NCBI GenBank assembly: GCA_050486505.1
Contig: JBJHDK010000001.1
Location: 19,383 to 83,382, forward strand
DNA length: 64,000 bases
Source: Fibrobacteria bacterium
GTDB taxonomy: Bacteria > Fibrobacterota > Fibrobacteria > UBA11236
Direction of reading: 5' to 3'
Part shown: positions 39,266 to 49,248 of the stretch, one piece after another
Layout: each line of letters starts with the position of its first letter
Position numbering within the stretch: position 1 is the first letter of the stretch
The notes under the pieces: generated by a model
What the model was told of the DNA's origin: nothing
The model's database searches: none
Seen by the model: the letters and a program-made list of their open reading frames with translations, nothing else
Translations under genes and position numbers: made by a program

Positions 39266-40212
39266 GCGCCCCCGCCCCGCACTCCGATTCGCGACCCGAC
39301 TCCCGTCCCGAGTCGCGGCCCGCCGGAGACGTCCTGGAAGGCGCCGCCGGGCCCGAAGATTTCGACGTCGTCAAGTGGTTGCTGCTCCTGTGGGCGCGGC
39401 GCAAATGGATTCTGGCTTCGGCCATGCTGTGCGGATTGCTGGGAACAATCGTGGCTTACCACACCGAGCCTGTCTATCGTGCCGACACCATTTTGACGCC
39501 GCGCGCAGAATCGGGGTCGGCGCGCGTGCTGTCGCAGTTGGGCGGCCTCGGCCGGATCATGGCGACCTCGATCGAGGCGGGCAACACTCCCTTGGATCGT
39601 CTCGAGTTGATTGCCACCAGTCGCAGCCTCGCCCTTTCGATCATCGAGAACGAGCCGGAGTATTTGCAAGTCCTTTTCCCCCATCTCTGGGACGAAGAGC
39701 GGGGTGAATGGCGGAGCGGCCGGGAGCCCAACAGGTTCTCCGCAGCCATGATGTTGCGGGGACGTTTCCTGACCGTGACGACGGATCGTCGCAAGAACGT
39801 GATGAACCTTCACATCGAGGCTCCCGATCCCGAGCTGGCCTTTCGCCTCGTGAACAGCTACATCAACGGGATGAACGTGTACATTCGCGAGAGCGTGCGC
39901 CGCTCGGCCGCGCAAAGTCGGGAGTATCTCGAGTCCGAACTCGGGGTGAACCACGATCCCCGCATCCGCAACCAGATCATCCAGCTCATCGCCAACGAGA
40001 TTGAAAAAGCGGCTCTCGTGGCGGCCCAGTCCTTCGATGTCGTCGAGGCGGTCTGGATGCCGCGCGCCCCGATCAAGCCCCAAAAGAAGCGCATTATCCA
40101 GATCGCGATTCTCGCCGGTTTTCTGCTCGGCCCCCTGGGGGTTATCGCGTTCGAGAAGGGAAGGGACATTCAAGCCTACCTTCGCTCCCGTATCCGAAAG
40201 CTGGAGGGGTGA
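39262..40212 (+). CDS. Wzz-like chain-length determinant
   Basis: Two TM helices flanking a periplasmic coiled coil, P.Y.A motif, P.AP..P.K before the C-terminal TM; start uncertain. Confidence 0.82.
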   Translation: MSAPAPHSDSRPDSRPESRPAGDVLEGAAGPEDFDVVKWLLLLWARRKWILASAMLCGLLGTIVAYHTEPVYRADTILTPRAESGSARVLSQLGGLGRIMATSIEAGNTPLDRLELIATSRSLALSIIENEPEYLQVLFPHLWDEERGEWRSGREPNRFSAAMMLRGRFLTVTTDRRKNVMNLHIEAPDPELAFRLVNSYINGMNVYIRESVRRSAAQSREYLESELGVNHDPRIRNQIIQLIANEIEKAALVAAQSFDVVEAVWMPRAPIKPQKKRIIQIAILAGFLLGPLGVIAFEKGRDIQAYLRSRIRKLEG

Positions 40213-40282
40213 TCTGGGCCCCGGTCGTTCAATGATGCATTCGGGGGTGGCTTCCGGTTCCGCCCTAGCCGGGATCTGAGCG

Positions 40283-42256
40283 ATGTGCGGTATCGCCGGC
40301 TTTCTGGGTTCCCCTGAACCGCACTCCGGAGCTTTTCACCACAGCGTGACCCGCATGGCCAACGCCCTGCGGCACCGCGGTCCCGACGCCGATGGCGTCT
40401 GGACCGATGCCGGTAACGGGGTGGGGCTGGGCCACCGCCGCCTCTCCATCGTCGAACTGTCTCCCGAAGGTTCCCAGCCCATGGTCTCAGCCGACGAGCG
40501 CCACGTACTCGTCTTTAACGGCGAGATCTACAACCATGACATCATCCGCAAAGAACTGCAAGATGGGGGTACGACCTTCCGCGGGCACTCCGACACCCGG
40601 GTACTCGTGGAGGCCATCGCCCGCTGGGGGGTGGAGGGCGCGCTCTCCCGTTGCACCGGTATGTTCGCCTTCGCCGTGTGGGACCGTTACGAGCGGGTGC
40701 TGGCCCTGGCCCGTGACCGCATGGGAGAGAAACCCCTGTACTACGGATGGTTGGGAGATACGTTTCTTTTCGGCTCCGAACTCAAGGCATTGCGGGCTCA
40801 CCCCGTGTGGAAAGAGCGAGGGGGTGGCGTCGATCGCAACGCGCTCGCGGCATATCTGCGCCACAACTACATCCCCGCACCGCTGAGCATTTACAACGAC
40901 ATTCGCAAACTGGAACCGGGCGCGCTGCTGAGTGTGCGGGCCGATCGCCCCGGCGTCGTGGAACAAAAAGAATACTGGAGCCTCGCTGCCGTCGCGCTGG
41001 AGGGCGTAGCGAACCCCTTTCGCGGCGACGCGGGTGAAGCCGCCGACGCGTTCGGCCGGCTCCTGGAGGCCTCCATCGCTCGCCAGATGGTGGCCGATGT
41101 CCCCCTGGGCGCCTTTCTCTCGGGCGGGGTCGATTCCTCCGCGGTGGCGGCGCTCATGGTCAAGGCGCAGGCACAAGGTTCGCGCTCCGTGCGCACCTTC
41201 ACCATCGGGTTTCATGAGAAGAGCGTGAACGAGTCGGAGTTCGCCAGGACTGTGGCCTCGCATCTCGGCACGGACCACACGGAAATGTTCGTGAGCGGCG
41301 CCGATGCGCTTGCCACGGTTCCGCGCCTGCCGGAGATTTACGACGAACCCTTCGGCGACAGCTCCGCCATTCCCACCGTGCTGCTCTCCGCGCTCACCCG
41401 CCGCCACGTCACCGTGGCGCTCTCGGGCGACGGGGCCGACGAATTGCTGGCGGGGTATACGCGCTACGAACAGGGGGAGCGGATCCGGCGCGTGCATGCC
41501 GCCTTGCCCGCAGCTGCGCGTCAGGGCCTCGGGGGCTTGGCGACGGCGGTAGCCGCGACGCTCTCCCGCATTCCCGCAGGTTTCGAGGAACGTCTTCCCG
41601 CGCGCCTGCGCAGCCTGAACGTGCCCACCCGTCTGCGCACCTTGCGCGACTTGCTCGCCTGCAAGACGGATGAAGCCCTGTATTCTCACCTGATTTCGCT
41701 ATGGCGACACCCCAATGAGATCGCATTGGGGGTCGAGCGGGCGGCTGTGCCGGCGGGAGGGACGACCGGTCGCGAACATGCCGGGGAATTTTTGCGCTCC
41801 ATGCAGCTCCACGACCAGCTCATCTATCTCCCCGATGACATCATGGTCAAGGTGGATCGCGCTTCGATGGCTGCAAGTCTCGAAACGCGCGCCCCCCTGC
41901 TTGACCACGCACTCGTCGAGTTTGCATGGACCTTGCCTCCCGCCCTGTTGCGTACCGAAGCGGGGCTTTCGAAGGGGCCCCTGCGCAACGTGCTGTACCG
42001 GCACGTGCCCCCCCGTCTCATCGAGCGCCCCAAGAAGGGATTCGGCGTTCCCTTGGCGAGCTGGCTGCGCGGTCCGCTGCGTGATTGGGCAGAAGCCTTG
42101 CTTTCGGAAAACCGGCTGCGCCACGAGGGCTTTCTCGACCCCGTGCGCGTGCGGGCGGGATGGAAAAAGTTCCTTGCCGGCGCCTGGCACGGCGAGAACT
42201 ACCTCTGGAATTTGCTCATGTTTCAGGCATGGCTCGAACGCGAGAACGGGGGATGA
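40283..42256 (+). CDS. asnB: Asparagine synthetase-like glutamine amidotransferase (polysaccharide-associated)
   Basis: MCGI, HRGPD, HRRLSI, NGEIYN, FLSGGVDSS, SGDGADE, KVDRASM. Confidence 0.93.
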   Translation: MCGIAGFLGSPEPHSGAFHHSVTRMANALRHRGPDADGVWTDAGNGVGLGHRRLSIVELSPEGSQPMVSADERHVLVFNGEIYNHDIIRKELQDGGTTFRGHSDTRVLVEAIARWGVEGALSRCTGMFAFAVWDRYERVLALARDRMGEKPLYYGWLGDTFLFGSELKALRAHPVWKERGGGVDRNALAAYLRHNYIPAPLSIYNDIRKLEPGALLSVRADRPGVVEQKEYWSLAAVALEGVANPFRGDAGEAADAFGRLLEASIARQMVADVPLGAFLSGGVDSSAVAALMVKAQAQGSRSVRTFTIGFHEKSVNESEFARTVASHLGTDHTEMFVSGADALATVPRLPEIYDEPFGDSSAIPTVLLSALTRRHVTVALSGDGADELLAGYTRYEQGERIRRVHAALPAAARQGLGGLATAVAATLSRIPAGFEERLPARLRSLNVPTRLRTLRDLLACKTDEALYSHLISLWRHPNEIALGVERAAVPAGGTTGREHAGEFLRSMQLHDQLIYLPDDIMVKVDRASMAASLETRAPLLDHALVEFAWTLPPALLRTEAGLSKGPLRNVLYRHVPPRLIERPKKGFGVPLASWLRGPLRDWAEALLSENRLRHEGFLDPVRVRAGWKKFLAGAWHGENYLWNLLMFQAWLERENGG

Positions 42257-43764
42257 GTTCCCGGCGCGAGTCCTTTCTCGGGGCCCTGGTCTCGTCCACC
42301 CTGTGGCGGGTGCTCGACCGCTTCACGGGCCTGCTCAAACACATCCTGATCGCGGCACTCATCGGTCTCACCGGGCAGCTCGACGCCTTTTACATGGCGC
42401 TGGCCATTCTCGGGGTGCTGGTGTTCGCCTGGGCCGAGGTGGCCGACGTGATCGCCGTGCCGCGCATGGCGGAGTGGTCGGTGCGCGGGGACGTGGAGCC
42501 GCTGCAGCGCGCGGCGGCGGGCCTGTTCTCCCTGAGCCTCGGCCTGGGTGCGGCCATGGCCCTGCTGTGGTGGGTGGCCGTGCCCTGGATCGCGTTGCTG
42601 GCCCCGGGGTTCTCGCCCGAGCAGCGCGTCTTGCTCGAGTCGGCCCTCGCCTGGTTCACCCCCGTGGTACTGCTGTACCCCGCCTACCGCCAGCTGGGAG
42701 GGATGCTGCGCGCCGTGCGCCGCTTCTCCCTGTTCTACAAGGGCGAACTGCTGATCTCGGTGACCGTGCTGGCCTGCATCTTCTTCTTCGGCGGCTCGCC
42801 CACCGTGCTGTTCTGGTCGTATGCCGCGGGGATCGGGGCCGGGTTCCTCTACCTGCTGGCCCATGCGGCCTTTGCCTTCCGCCTTTTGGCCGGTCCCCGG
42901 AGAGCCCTGGAAGCCGTGCGCGGCCTGCTCGGGCAGGCTCCCATGCTGATTCTTCTCAACGCGGTGACGGGGGCCACCGTGCTCATCGACCGCGTGTTCG
43001 TGTCCTTCCTTCCCGAGGGGAGCATGGGGGCCCTGGCGTATGCATTGATCGCCACCGGGCTGGCCGCCTCGCTGCTGCGCCCCGGCACCTCCTTCGTCAC
43101 CGTCTTCGCCGAAGCGCAGGGCGACCCCGACCGGCAGGGACGGCTGTTCGACGACACGCTCATCCTGATGATCGTGACGGGCATTCCCGTTTCCGCGGCG
43201 CTGCTGGCCTTCGCCGACCCCCTGCTGGCGCTGGCCGCGGGATGGGGCGTGCTGCGCGCCCAGGACGTCGGCCCGTTGATCCTGGCGACTCTCGGCATGG
43301 GTGCGGGTGCGATGCCGCTGCTCTTGCTCTATGTGCTCGACCAGGTCTTTCTCGTCAAGAAGCGTCTGGGAACCCTGTTGCTGCGGACCACGGTGGGGTT
43401 GTTGCTGAACGCCATCCTCAATGCGCTGGTGGTGTTCGTGCTGGGGTGGGGCGTATGGGGCATCGGCGCGGCCACGGCGGTGAGTTATTGGACCATGGCC
43501 CTGCTTGCGCTGGGACGTGTGCCGGGATTGGGGGTTCGCTTCGATGCGCGCGGCGCGATCGTGCAACTAGTGAAGACCGTATTGGTCTCCGGCGCCATTG
43601 CCGTTGCGGGACGCATGCTCGTCGATGCCCTGCCGCACACGGCGTGGATCCTTCCGGTGCTGGCAGGCTATGTCGTGCTGGTTGCGACGGGCTTGATGCT
43701 TGCCGGAGGGCGAGGGGGGGAGTTGGCGAAAGCGGCGGTGGGGAGACTGGGAATTAAGAATTGA
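42253..43764 (+). CDS. MurJ/MviN-like (MOP family) flippase
   Basis: About 13 TM helices, LDAFYMA, IDR.F.S.L..G....L.YA; ATGA overlap with asnB. Confidence 0.82.
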   Translation: MSSRRESFLGALVSSTLWRVLDRFTGLLKHILIAALIGLTGQLDAFYMALAILGVLVFAWAEVADVIAVPRMAEWSVRGDVEPLQRAAAGLFSLSLGLGAAMALLWWVAVPWIALLAPGFSPEQRVLLESALAWFTPVVLLYPAYRQLGGMLRAVRRFSLFYKGELLISVTVLACIFFFGGSPTVLFWSYAAGIGAGFLYLLAHAAFAFRLLAGPRRALEAVRGLLGQAPMLILLNAVTGATVLIDRVFVSFLPEGSMGALAYALIATGLAASLLRPGTSFVTVFAEAQGDPDRQGRLFDDTLILMIVTGIPVSAALLAFADPLLALAAGWGVLRAQDVGPLILATLGMGAGAMPLLLLYVLDQVFLVKKRLGTLLLRTTVGLLLNAILNALVVFVLGWGVWGIGAATAVSYWTMALLALGRVPGLGVRFDARGAIVQLVKTVLVSGAIAVAGRMLVDALPHTAWILPVLAGYVVLVATGLMLAGGRGGELAKAAVGRLGIKN

Positions 43765-43905
43765 GAATTAAGAATTAAGAATTGGGAATTGGGAGAGAGA
43801 CGTGATAAAACACGAAGATCGGCGATGCGTTCACAATGTTCATGGACACTTCACTCAAGCACAACACCTGTGTTCAATTCCTAATTCTTAATTCGTAATT
43901 CTCAA
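43748..43905. repeat. Small element bounded by inverted GAATT heptamer arrays (copy E2)
   Basis: gggaattaagaattgagaattaagaattaagaattgggaattggg ... aattcctaattcttaattcgtaattctcaa. Confidence 0.85.
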
Positions 43906-43934
43906 CTCCACTCCACCCCACACGAGGCCCTCCC

Positions 43935-44711
43935 ATGAAATCCCCCATCTCCTTCTCTTTCGGCAAGAACTGGAAGAACCTCAATCGCGTGCTGACGCAA
44001 GAGGACATCGACAAGGCCCGCGCGGATCTGGTTTACTGGGTCGGTGAAGAAAACATCCGCGGCAAGGAGGTGCTCGACATTGGCTCGGGGTCGGGGATCC
44101 ATTCGCTGGGAATGTTGCGGGTGGGAGCGTCCCGCATCACCTCGTTCGACTACGATCCGCACAGCGTGGAGGCGACCCGGCAGCATTGGGAAGATGCAGG
44201 AAGGCCGGAGCGTTGGACGGTCATGCACGGTTCGGTACTTGATGACACTTTTCTGGCGACACTTCCGCAATTCGACCTGGTCTATTCCTGGGGCGTATTG
44301 CACCACACCGGGGACATGTGGCGGGCCATTCGCAATGCGCTGGGCAAAGTGAAACCGGGTGGGCTGTTTTACATCACCCTCTACAACGACAGAAACTATG
44401 CCGGTTCGCTGGCCCTCAAGCAACGCTACAATGCGGCGTCGAATCTCGGCAAGCGCCTGATGGAGGCGAAGTGGATCGCCAAGCTCATGGCACGGCGCCT
44501 GCTCAACGGAAAAAACCCCTTCGCCTGGAACGAGAAGAAAGTGCGTGGCATGAATGCGTACCACGACATCGTGGACTGGCTGGGCGGGCTTCCCTACGAG
44601 ATTGCCAACGAAGACGAGATGCTGCGCTTCGGGCATGAGAACGGACTTTCCTTGCGCAGGATTTGGTGCCGGGAGGATTGTCATTATTACCTGTTCCGGA
44701 GGGAGGGGTGA
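43935..44711 (+). CDS. Class I SAM-dependent methyltransferase
   Basis: FSFGKNW, LDIGSGSG, FDLVYSWGVLHHTG, DWLGGLPYE. Confidence 0.9.
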   Translation: MKSPISFSFGKNWKNLNRVLTQEDIDKARADLVYWVGEENIRGKEVLDIGSGSGIHSLGMLRVGASRITSFDYDPHSVEATRQHWEDAGRPERWTVMHGSVLDDTFLATLPQFDLVYSWGVLHHTGDMWRAIRNALGKVKPGGLFYITLYNDRNYAGSLALKQRYNAASNLGKRLMEAKWIAKLMARRLLNGKNPFAWNEKKVRGMNAYHDIVDWLGGLPYEIANEDEMLRFGHENGLSLRRIWCREDCHYYLFRREG

Positions 44712-44930
44712 GAATTGAGAATTAAGAATTAGGAATTAAGAATTAAGAATGAGGAGTGAAATGAATGCCGGAGATATACGATATCATGTGATGCAGTTTT
44801 CTTTCCGGATAGCAGGGGAAGCCAGAAGCGGGATGGCACAGTGATTTATCGGCAATGCGCGCGGCACTTTCACAAAAGTCCCCCTGTGTTCAACTCTTAA
44901 TTCCTAATTCCTAATTCTTAATTCTTAATT
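44709..44930. repeat. Small element bounded by inverted GAATT heptamer arrays (copy E3, longest)
   Basis: tgagaattgagaattaagaattaggaattaagaattaagaat ... aactcttaattcctaattcctaattcttaattcttaatt. Confidence 0.85.
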
Positions 44931-44948
44931 AAAACCGAGAACCTCCCT

Positions 44949-46100
44949 GTGCGCCTCACCCTTGTCATCCCTTCCCTCAATCCCGGTGGCGCGGAGCGTG
45001 TGCTGTCGGTCCTTGCGAACCATTGGGTCGCGCAGGGGCATGCGGTGACGGTGGTGACGTACGACGATCAGGGCGAGCCGCCTTTCTATGATCTCGATTC
45101 ACGTGTGGTTCACAGGGCCTTGAGGTTGGGTGGTGCTCGCGGAATCTTGCGTGGGATGTGGAACTTGTCCCGACGTGTTCGGGTGTTGCGCCGGGAAATC
45201 CTGGCATCAAAGCCCGATGCGGTGCTGAGCTTTATGGAAACCACCAATGTGCTGGCCCTGCTGGCGATGCTCGGTACCGGCATCCCGGTGACGGTGGCGG
45301 AGCGCACCGATCCGCACAGGTATCGCCCCGGCCGGTTGTGGGACGTGCTTCGGCGTCTCCTCTACGGGAGGGCGCATGCGATCGTGACCCAGACGGAGCG
45401 GGCGGCGGAGTTTTTTCGCCCCAGGTGGAACGACCGCCTGCACGTGATTCCCAATCCCGTGCCGCCGCCCCCGGCCCCCGATTCCCTTGATCCCCGTTTG
45501 CCGGTCTCCGGCCCCGCCATCGTGAGTGTGGGCAAGCTGGTGCACCTGAAGGGGTATGATGTGTTGGTGACGGCCTTCGCCAAGGTCGCTCCCCGGTATC
45601 CCGACTGGAACCTGGTGATTTATGGCGCGGGCGATCAGCTCAACACCCTCTCGGAATGGGCCGCGGCGCTCGGGGTGGGGGAGCGGGTGCACTTTCCCGG
45701 TGTGACGCGCACGCCGTATGCCGTCATGCGTCAGGCCGGAGTGTTCGTGTTGTCTTCACGTTTCGAAGGGTTCCCGAACACGTTGTGCGAGGCCATGGCC
45801 TGCGGGTTGCCCGTGATCGCGACCGATTGCCCCAGCGGACCGCGCGAGATCGTGACCGACGGGGTGGACGGGCTGCTTGTTCCCAATGAGGATGCGACAG
45901 CTCTGGCGGAGGCGCTGGAGCGGCTGATGTCTGACCCGGAACTGCGCGTGCGGTTGGGGAGGGCGGCGGAGAAGATTACGGAGCGGTTTTCCGTCGATTC
46001 CGTGGGGGAGAGGTGGGTGAGAGTTATGAGTTATGAGTCGGGAGTTGTGAGTGGTGAGCTAGGAGTGGGGGCAGAGCCAATACAAGGAGAAGACAGCTAA
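44949..46100 (+). CDS. Glycosyltransferase family 4 (PglJ/PglH-like), paralog 1
   Basis: GGAERV, KGYD, SSRFEGFPNTLCEAMACG, TDCPSGPREI. Confidence 0.92.
   Translation: MRLTLVIPSLNPGGAERVLSVLANHWVAQGHAVTVVTYDDQGEPPFYDLDSRVVHRALRLGGARGILRGMWNLSRRVRVLRREILASKPDAVLSFMETTNVLALLAMLGTGIPVTVAERTDPHRYRPGRLWDVLRRLLYGRAHAIVTQTERAAEFFRPRWNDRLHVIPNPVPPPPAPDSLDPRLPVSGPAIVSVGKLVHLKGYDVLVTAFAKVAPRYPDWNLVIYGAGDQLNTLSEWAAALGVGERVHFPGVTRTPYAVMRQAGVFVLSSRFEGFPNTLCEAMACGLPVIATDCPSGPREIVTDGVDGLLVPNEDATALAEALERLMSDPELRVRLGRAAEKITERFSVDSVGERWVRVMSYESGVVSGELGVGAEPIQGEDS
46019..46066. repeat. One-sided GAGTTAT heptamer array inside the 3' end of the GT4 gene
   Basis: gagagttatgagttatgagtcgggagttgtgagtggtgagctaggagt. 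Confidence 0.65.
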
Positions 46101-46960
46101 TACGCAATGATGCGCTTGAACGGCTTCTCTTCGATCCGGTACCCGTGCTCCTTGAGGATCCGTAGGAGTTTCGGGTGCTGCGGCTCGTTCTGAAAGTCGG
46201 TATGATAGGATGAAATCGTCCATACCGGACGGAATTTCCGGATCACCTCGACGGCTCCCCGCAAGGCGAGTTCCTCGGCTCCTTCGATGTCCATTTTGAT
46301 CAGGTCGATTTTTTTGATGTCGTGTTCCCGGCAATACGAGTCGAGATCGGTTAGTGAGATCTTGCGCGTATTCGTGTAGTACCCGGTGGTATACTCGCGA
46401 TGGCAGATGCTTGAGTCGAGGCCGAAATCGGAGATTTCGATCTCGACATCACCTTTCTGGTCGGATACTCCCAATGGGTTCAGCGTGACGTTTCGGATCC
46501 CGTTCCGCTCGAGATTTCCCAGCATGGTGGCATGCACCACCGGCTCGAAGGCGTGGACACTTCCCCGTTCGCCAACCATCCGCGAGAAGAGCATGCTCGT
46601 TGTGCCGATGTTGGCGCCAAGGTCGAACACGACATCTCCCTGCTTGATACGGGCATTGCGGGAGAAAAAGTCGGGGATCACGAAGGTTTCAAAAACGACT
46701 TGAGCAGCACCCAGTCGGGCTTGCTCAAGATCCTTGACCTCGTAGTCGGGAAGAAAGGCGATTCGCACCCCGTCCAGTTCGAACATTTCTGGATCCGTGT
46801 TTCGGTCGAGTGCCCTGGCGAGCAGGGCCCGCGCTCCGGCAGTATTTCGATCCCGCTTCATCACGGCCCGAATACGGTCGGTCAATGGCAGATGGCGACC
46901 CTTCAACAGAAAAACGGCGTCTTCACGGGCGCGGTCCAGAAGTTTTCTGAGGAGATGCAT
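46097..46960 (-). CDS. FkbM-family methyltransferase
   Basis: FDLGANIG, HAFEP, IKMDIEGAE. Confidence 0.9.
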   Translation of the reverse strand: MHLLRKLLDRAREDAVFLLKGRHLPLTDRIRAVMKRDRNTAGARALLARALDRNTDPEMFELDGVRIAFLPDYEVKDLEQARLGAAQVVFETFVIPDFFSRNARIKQGDVVFDLGANIGTTSMLFSRMVGERGSVHAFEPVVHATMLGNLERNGIRNVTLNPLGVSDQKGDVEIEISDFGLDSSICHREYTTGYYTNTRKISLTDLDSYCREHDIKKIDLIKMDIEGAEELALRGAVEVIRKFRPVWTISSYHTDFQNEPQHPKLLRILKEHGYRIEEKPFKRIIAY

Positions 46961-47130
46961 ACAGGCTTCCCGTCTATGGGGGTGCAGGCCGACCGGGGGC
47001 TTCCCGACGTACGCAGCGAGATTTAACAAAACCGGCAGGCAAACCGGATCCCTTCACCGTTTGGCGCACCCACGGGCATTCTGGGGCGCTATATTTGCCG
47101 CGTTCGATGCTTTTTCAATCGTGAGGCGCG

Positions 47131-48084
47131 ATGGCGGTCGATATAACAGAATGGATGACTCCGGACGGGGGTGTGCTACGCTGCCCCGACTGCGGCGGGG
47201 GGCTGGAGTTCGTCCCCTCCCGTGAGCCGGGATCCGACGGGCTCCCCCATGGCAGCTTGGTCTGCATGGAGTGCTCCCGCACATATCCCGTGATCCGCGG
47301 GATCCCCCGGTTCGTGGATTCAGACGAATACGTCTCCAACTTCAGCTTCGAGTGGAAGGTCCATAAGCGCACGCAGTTCGATGCGGGCAAGCGCCGCGAG
47401 TCCGAGACGAACTTTTACCTGCGCTTCGGGAAGGATCCCGAATTCTTTCGCGGCAAGCGCGTGCTCGACGTGGGTGTGGGTTCGGGCCGCTACGCGCAGG
47501 TGCCGCTGGAGGCGGGCGCGGAGGTGTGGGGCGTGGATCTGAGTTATGCGGTCGAGGTGGCGCGCGAGAACCTTGCGGGGTTTCCGAAGGCGCGCGTGGC
47601 CCAGGCGGATGTGTTCAACCTGCCCTTTGCTCCGGAGAGTTTCGATGTGATTTACAGCTTCGGGGTGCTGCACCACACGCCCGATCCGCGCGGAGCCTTC
47701 GAGGCGCTGTTGAAGCTGCTGAAGCCGGGCGGGGTGATCTGCCTGACGCTGTATCCCGATTACGGGATGTACCACAATTCCCGCTTGGTGCGCAAGCTGA
47801 CGACGCGCCTGCCGGCGTCGGTGTTGTATCCGCTGAGCGTGGTCGCGACGGCGCTGTTGTACGTGCCCTACAGATTCCTGGGTCTGCGGCTGGCGTGGCT
47901 GCCGATCAGCCTGTCGCCGAAGCTGCGCGAGGCGATTCTCGACACCTACGACTGTTATTCGCCGAAGTATCAGTTCACCTACGGGGTTGACGAGGTGTTC
48001 GCGTGGTTCCGCGATGCGGGGCTGCACGAGATCGAAGCGCGCCCGCAGCCGGTGACGGTGTTGGGGTGGAAGGCGGGAGATTGA
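47131..48084 (+). CDS. SAM-dependent methyltransferase with N-terminal Trm112-like zinc domain
   Basis: CPDC...CMEC..YPVIRGIPRF, LDVGVGSGR, YSFGVLHHT. Confidence 0.88.
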   Translation: MAVDITEWMTPDGGVLRCPDCGGGLEFVPSREPGSDGLPHGSLVCMECSRTYPVIRGIPRFVDSDEYVSNFSFEWKVHKRTQFDAGKRRESETNFYLRFGKDPEFFRGKRVLDVGVGSGRYAQVPLEAGAEVWGVDLSYAVEVARENLAGFPKARVAQADVFNLPFAPESFDVIYSFGVLHHTPDPRGAFEALLKLLKPGGVICLTLYPDYGMYHNSRLVRKLTTRLPASVLYPLSVVATALLYVPYRFLGLRLAWLPISLSPKLREAILDTYDCYSPKYQFTYGVDEVFAWFRDAGLHEIEARPQPVTVLGWKAGD

Positions 48085-49196
48085 TGCGGCTGACCTTGGT
48101 GATTCCCTCGCTGAATTGCGGTGGTGCGGAACGTGTGATGAGTATAATGGCCAATCATTGGGCCGCACAAGGAGGCTCCGTACATTTGGTGACTTATGAC
48201 GATGGGGGCGAGCGGCCTTACTATCCCCTCGATCCTTGGGTCGAGTTGCGCCCGCTGGGGTTGTCCTCGACAAAGAAAAGCCTGGTCGCCGAGGGAGGTT
48301 TGTTCTGGAAACGCCTTCGCTCCCTGCGCCGGGAAATCAGGGCCAGCAAACCCGAGGCGGTCATCAGCTTCATGGAGTCCACCAATGTGCTTTGTATTTT
48401 GGCGACTCTCGGAACGGGCATTCCGGTGATGGTTGCGGAGCGGAATGATCCCGAGAAAAAGGATACCGTAAAGCAAATCTGGAAATTGCTGCGGCGTTGG
48501 ACCTATCCGCTCGCCCGCAGCGTGGTGGTGCAGACGGAGCGCATGGGGGATTATTTCCGTCCGCGTCTTGATGGGAAAATCGACGTCATTCCCAATCCGG
48601 TGCTTCTTCCGGAGTCCGATGAGTCGGTGGATCCCGGTCACGATGTGGATTCCAGGACAATCGTTTCCTTCGGGAGACTCTATCCCCAAAAAGGCTACGA
48701 TCTGCTCTTGCAAGCCTTTGCACGGATCCACGAAAAATTTCCTGAATGGAAGCTGGCCATCTTCGGGATCGGCAAAGACCGCGATCAACTTCTCTCGCTT
48801 GTGTCCGATCTCGGAATCGGCGGGAAGGTGAAGTTTCCCGGCCGCACGAATCATCCGTATGCCGTTTTAAAGCGTGCAGGGCTGTATGTTTCTTCCTCCC
48901 GCTACGAAGGTTTCCCCAACGCGCTGTGCGAAGCCATGGCATCCGGTTTGCCCGTCGTCGCCACGGATTGCCCAACGGGACCGCGCGAGATCATCACCGA
49001 TGGCGAGGACGGTCTGCTCGTGCCTCCCGAAGACATAGATGCCTTGGCGGCGGCCATGAATCGCATGATGAGCGATGAAGCCATGCGCCATCGGATCGGC
49101 GGGAATGCGGGCAAGATCACGGAGCGATTCGGGATCGACTCCGTCATGGGGCAATGGGAAGCGGTATTGAAAACACGATGTGGCGTGAGCGCATGA
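48084..49196 (+). CDS. Glycosyltransferase family 4, paralog 2
   Basis: MRLTLVIPSL.CGGAERV, QKGYD, SSRYEGFPNALCEAM. Confidence 0.92.
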   Translation: MRLTLVIPSLNCGGAERVMSIMANHWAAQGGSVHLVTYDDGGERPYYPLDPWVELRPLGLSSTKKSLVAEGGLFWKRLRSLRREIRASKPEAVISFMESTNVLCILATLGTGIPVMVAERNDPEKKDTVKQIWKLLRRWTYPLARSVVVQTERMGDYFRPRLDGKIDVIPNPVLLPESDESVDPGHDVDSRTIVSFGRLYPQKGYDLLLQAFARIHEKFPEWKLAIFGIGKDRDQLLSLVSDLGIGGKVKFPGRTNHPYAVLKRAGLYVSSSRYEGFPNALCEAMASGLPVVATDCPTGPREIITDGEDGLLVPPEDIDALAAAMNRMMSDEAMRHRIGGNAGKITERFGIDSVMGQWEAVLKTRCGVSA

Positions 49197-49248
49197 AGCG
49201 CTGGTTTCCGGGCTTTCTGTGTTGGAGTATAAGGAGCAAAGGGAAGCT

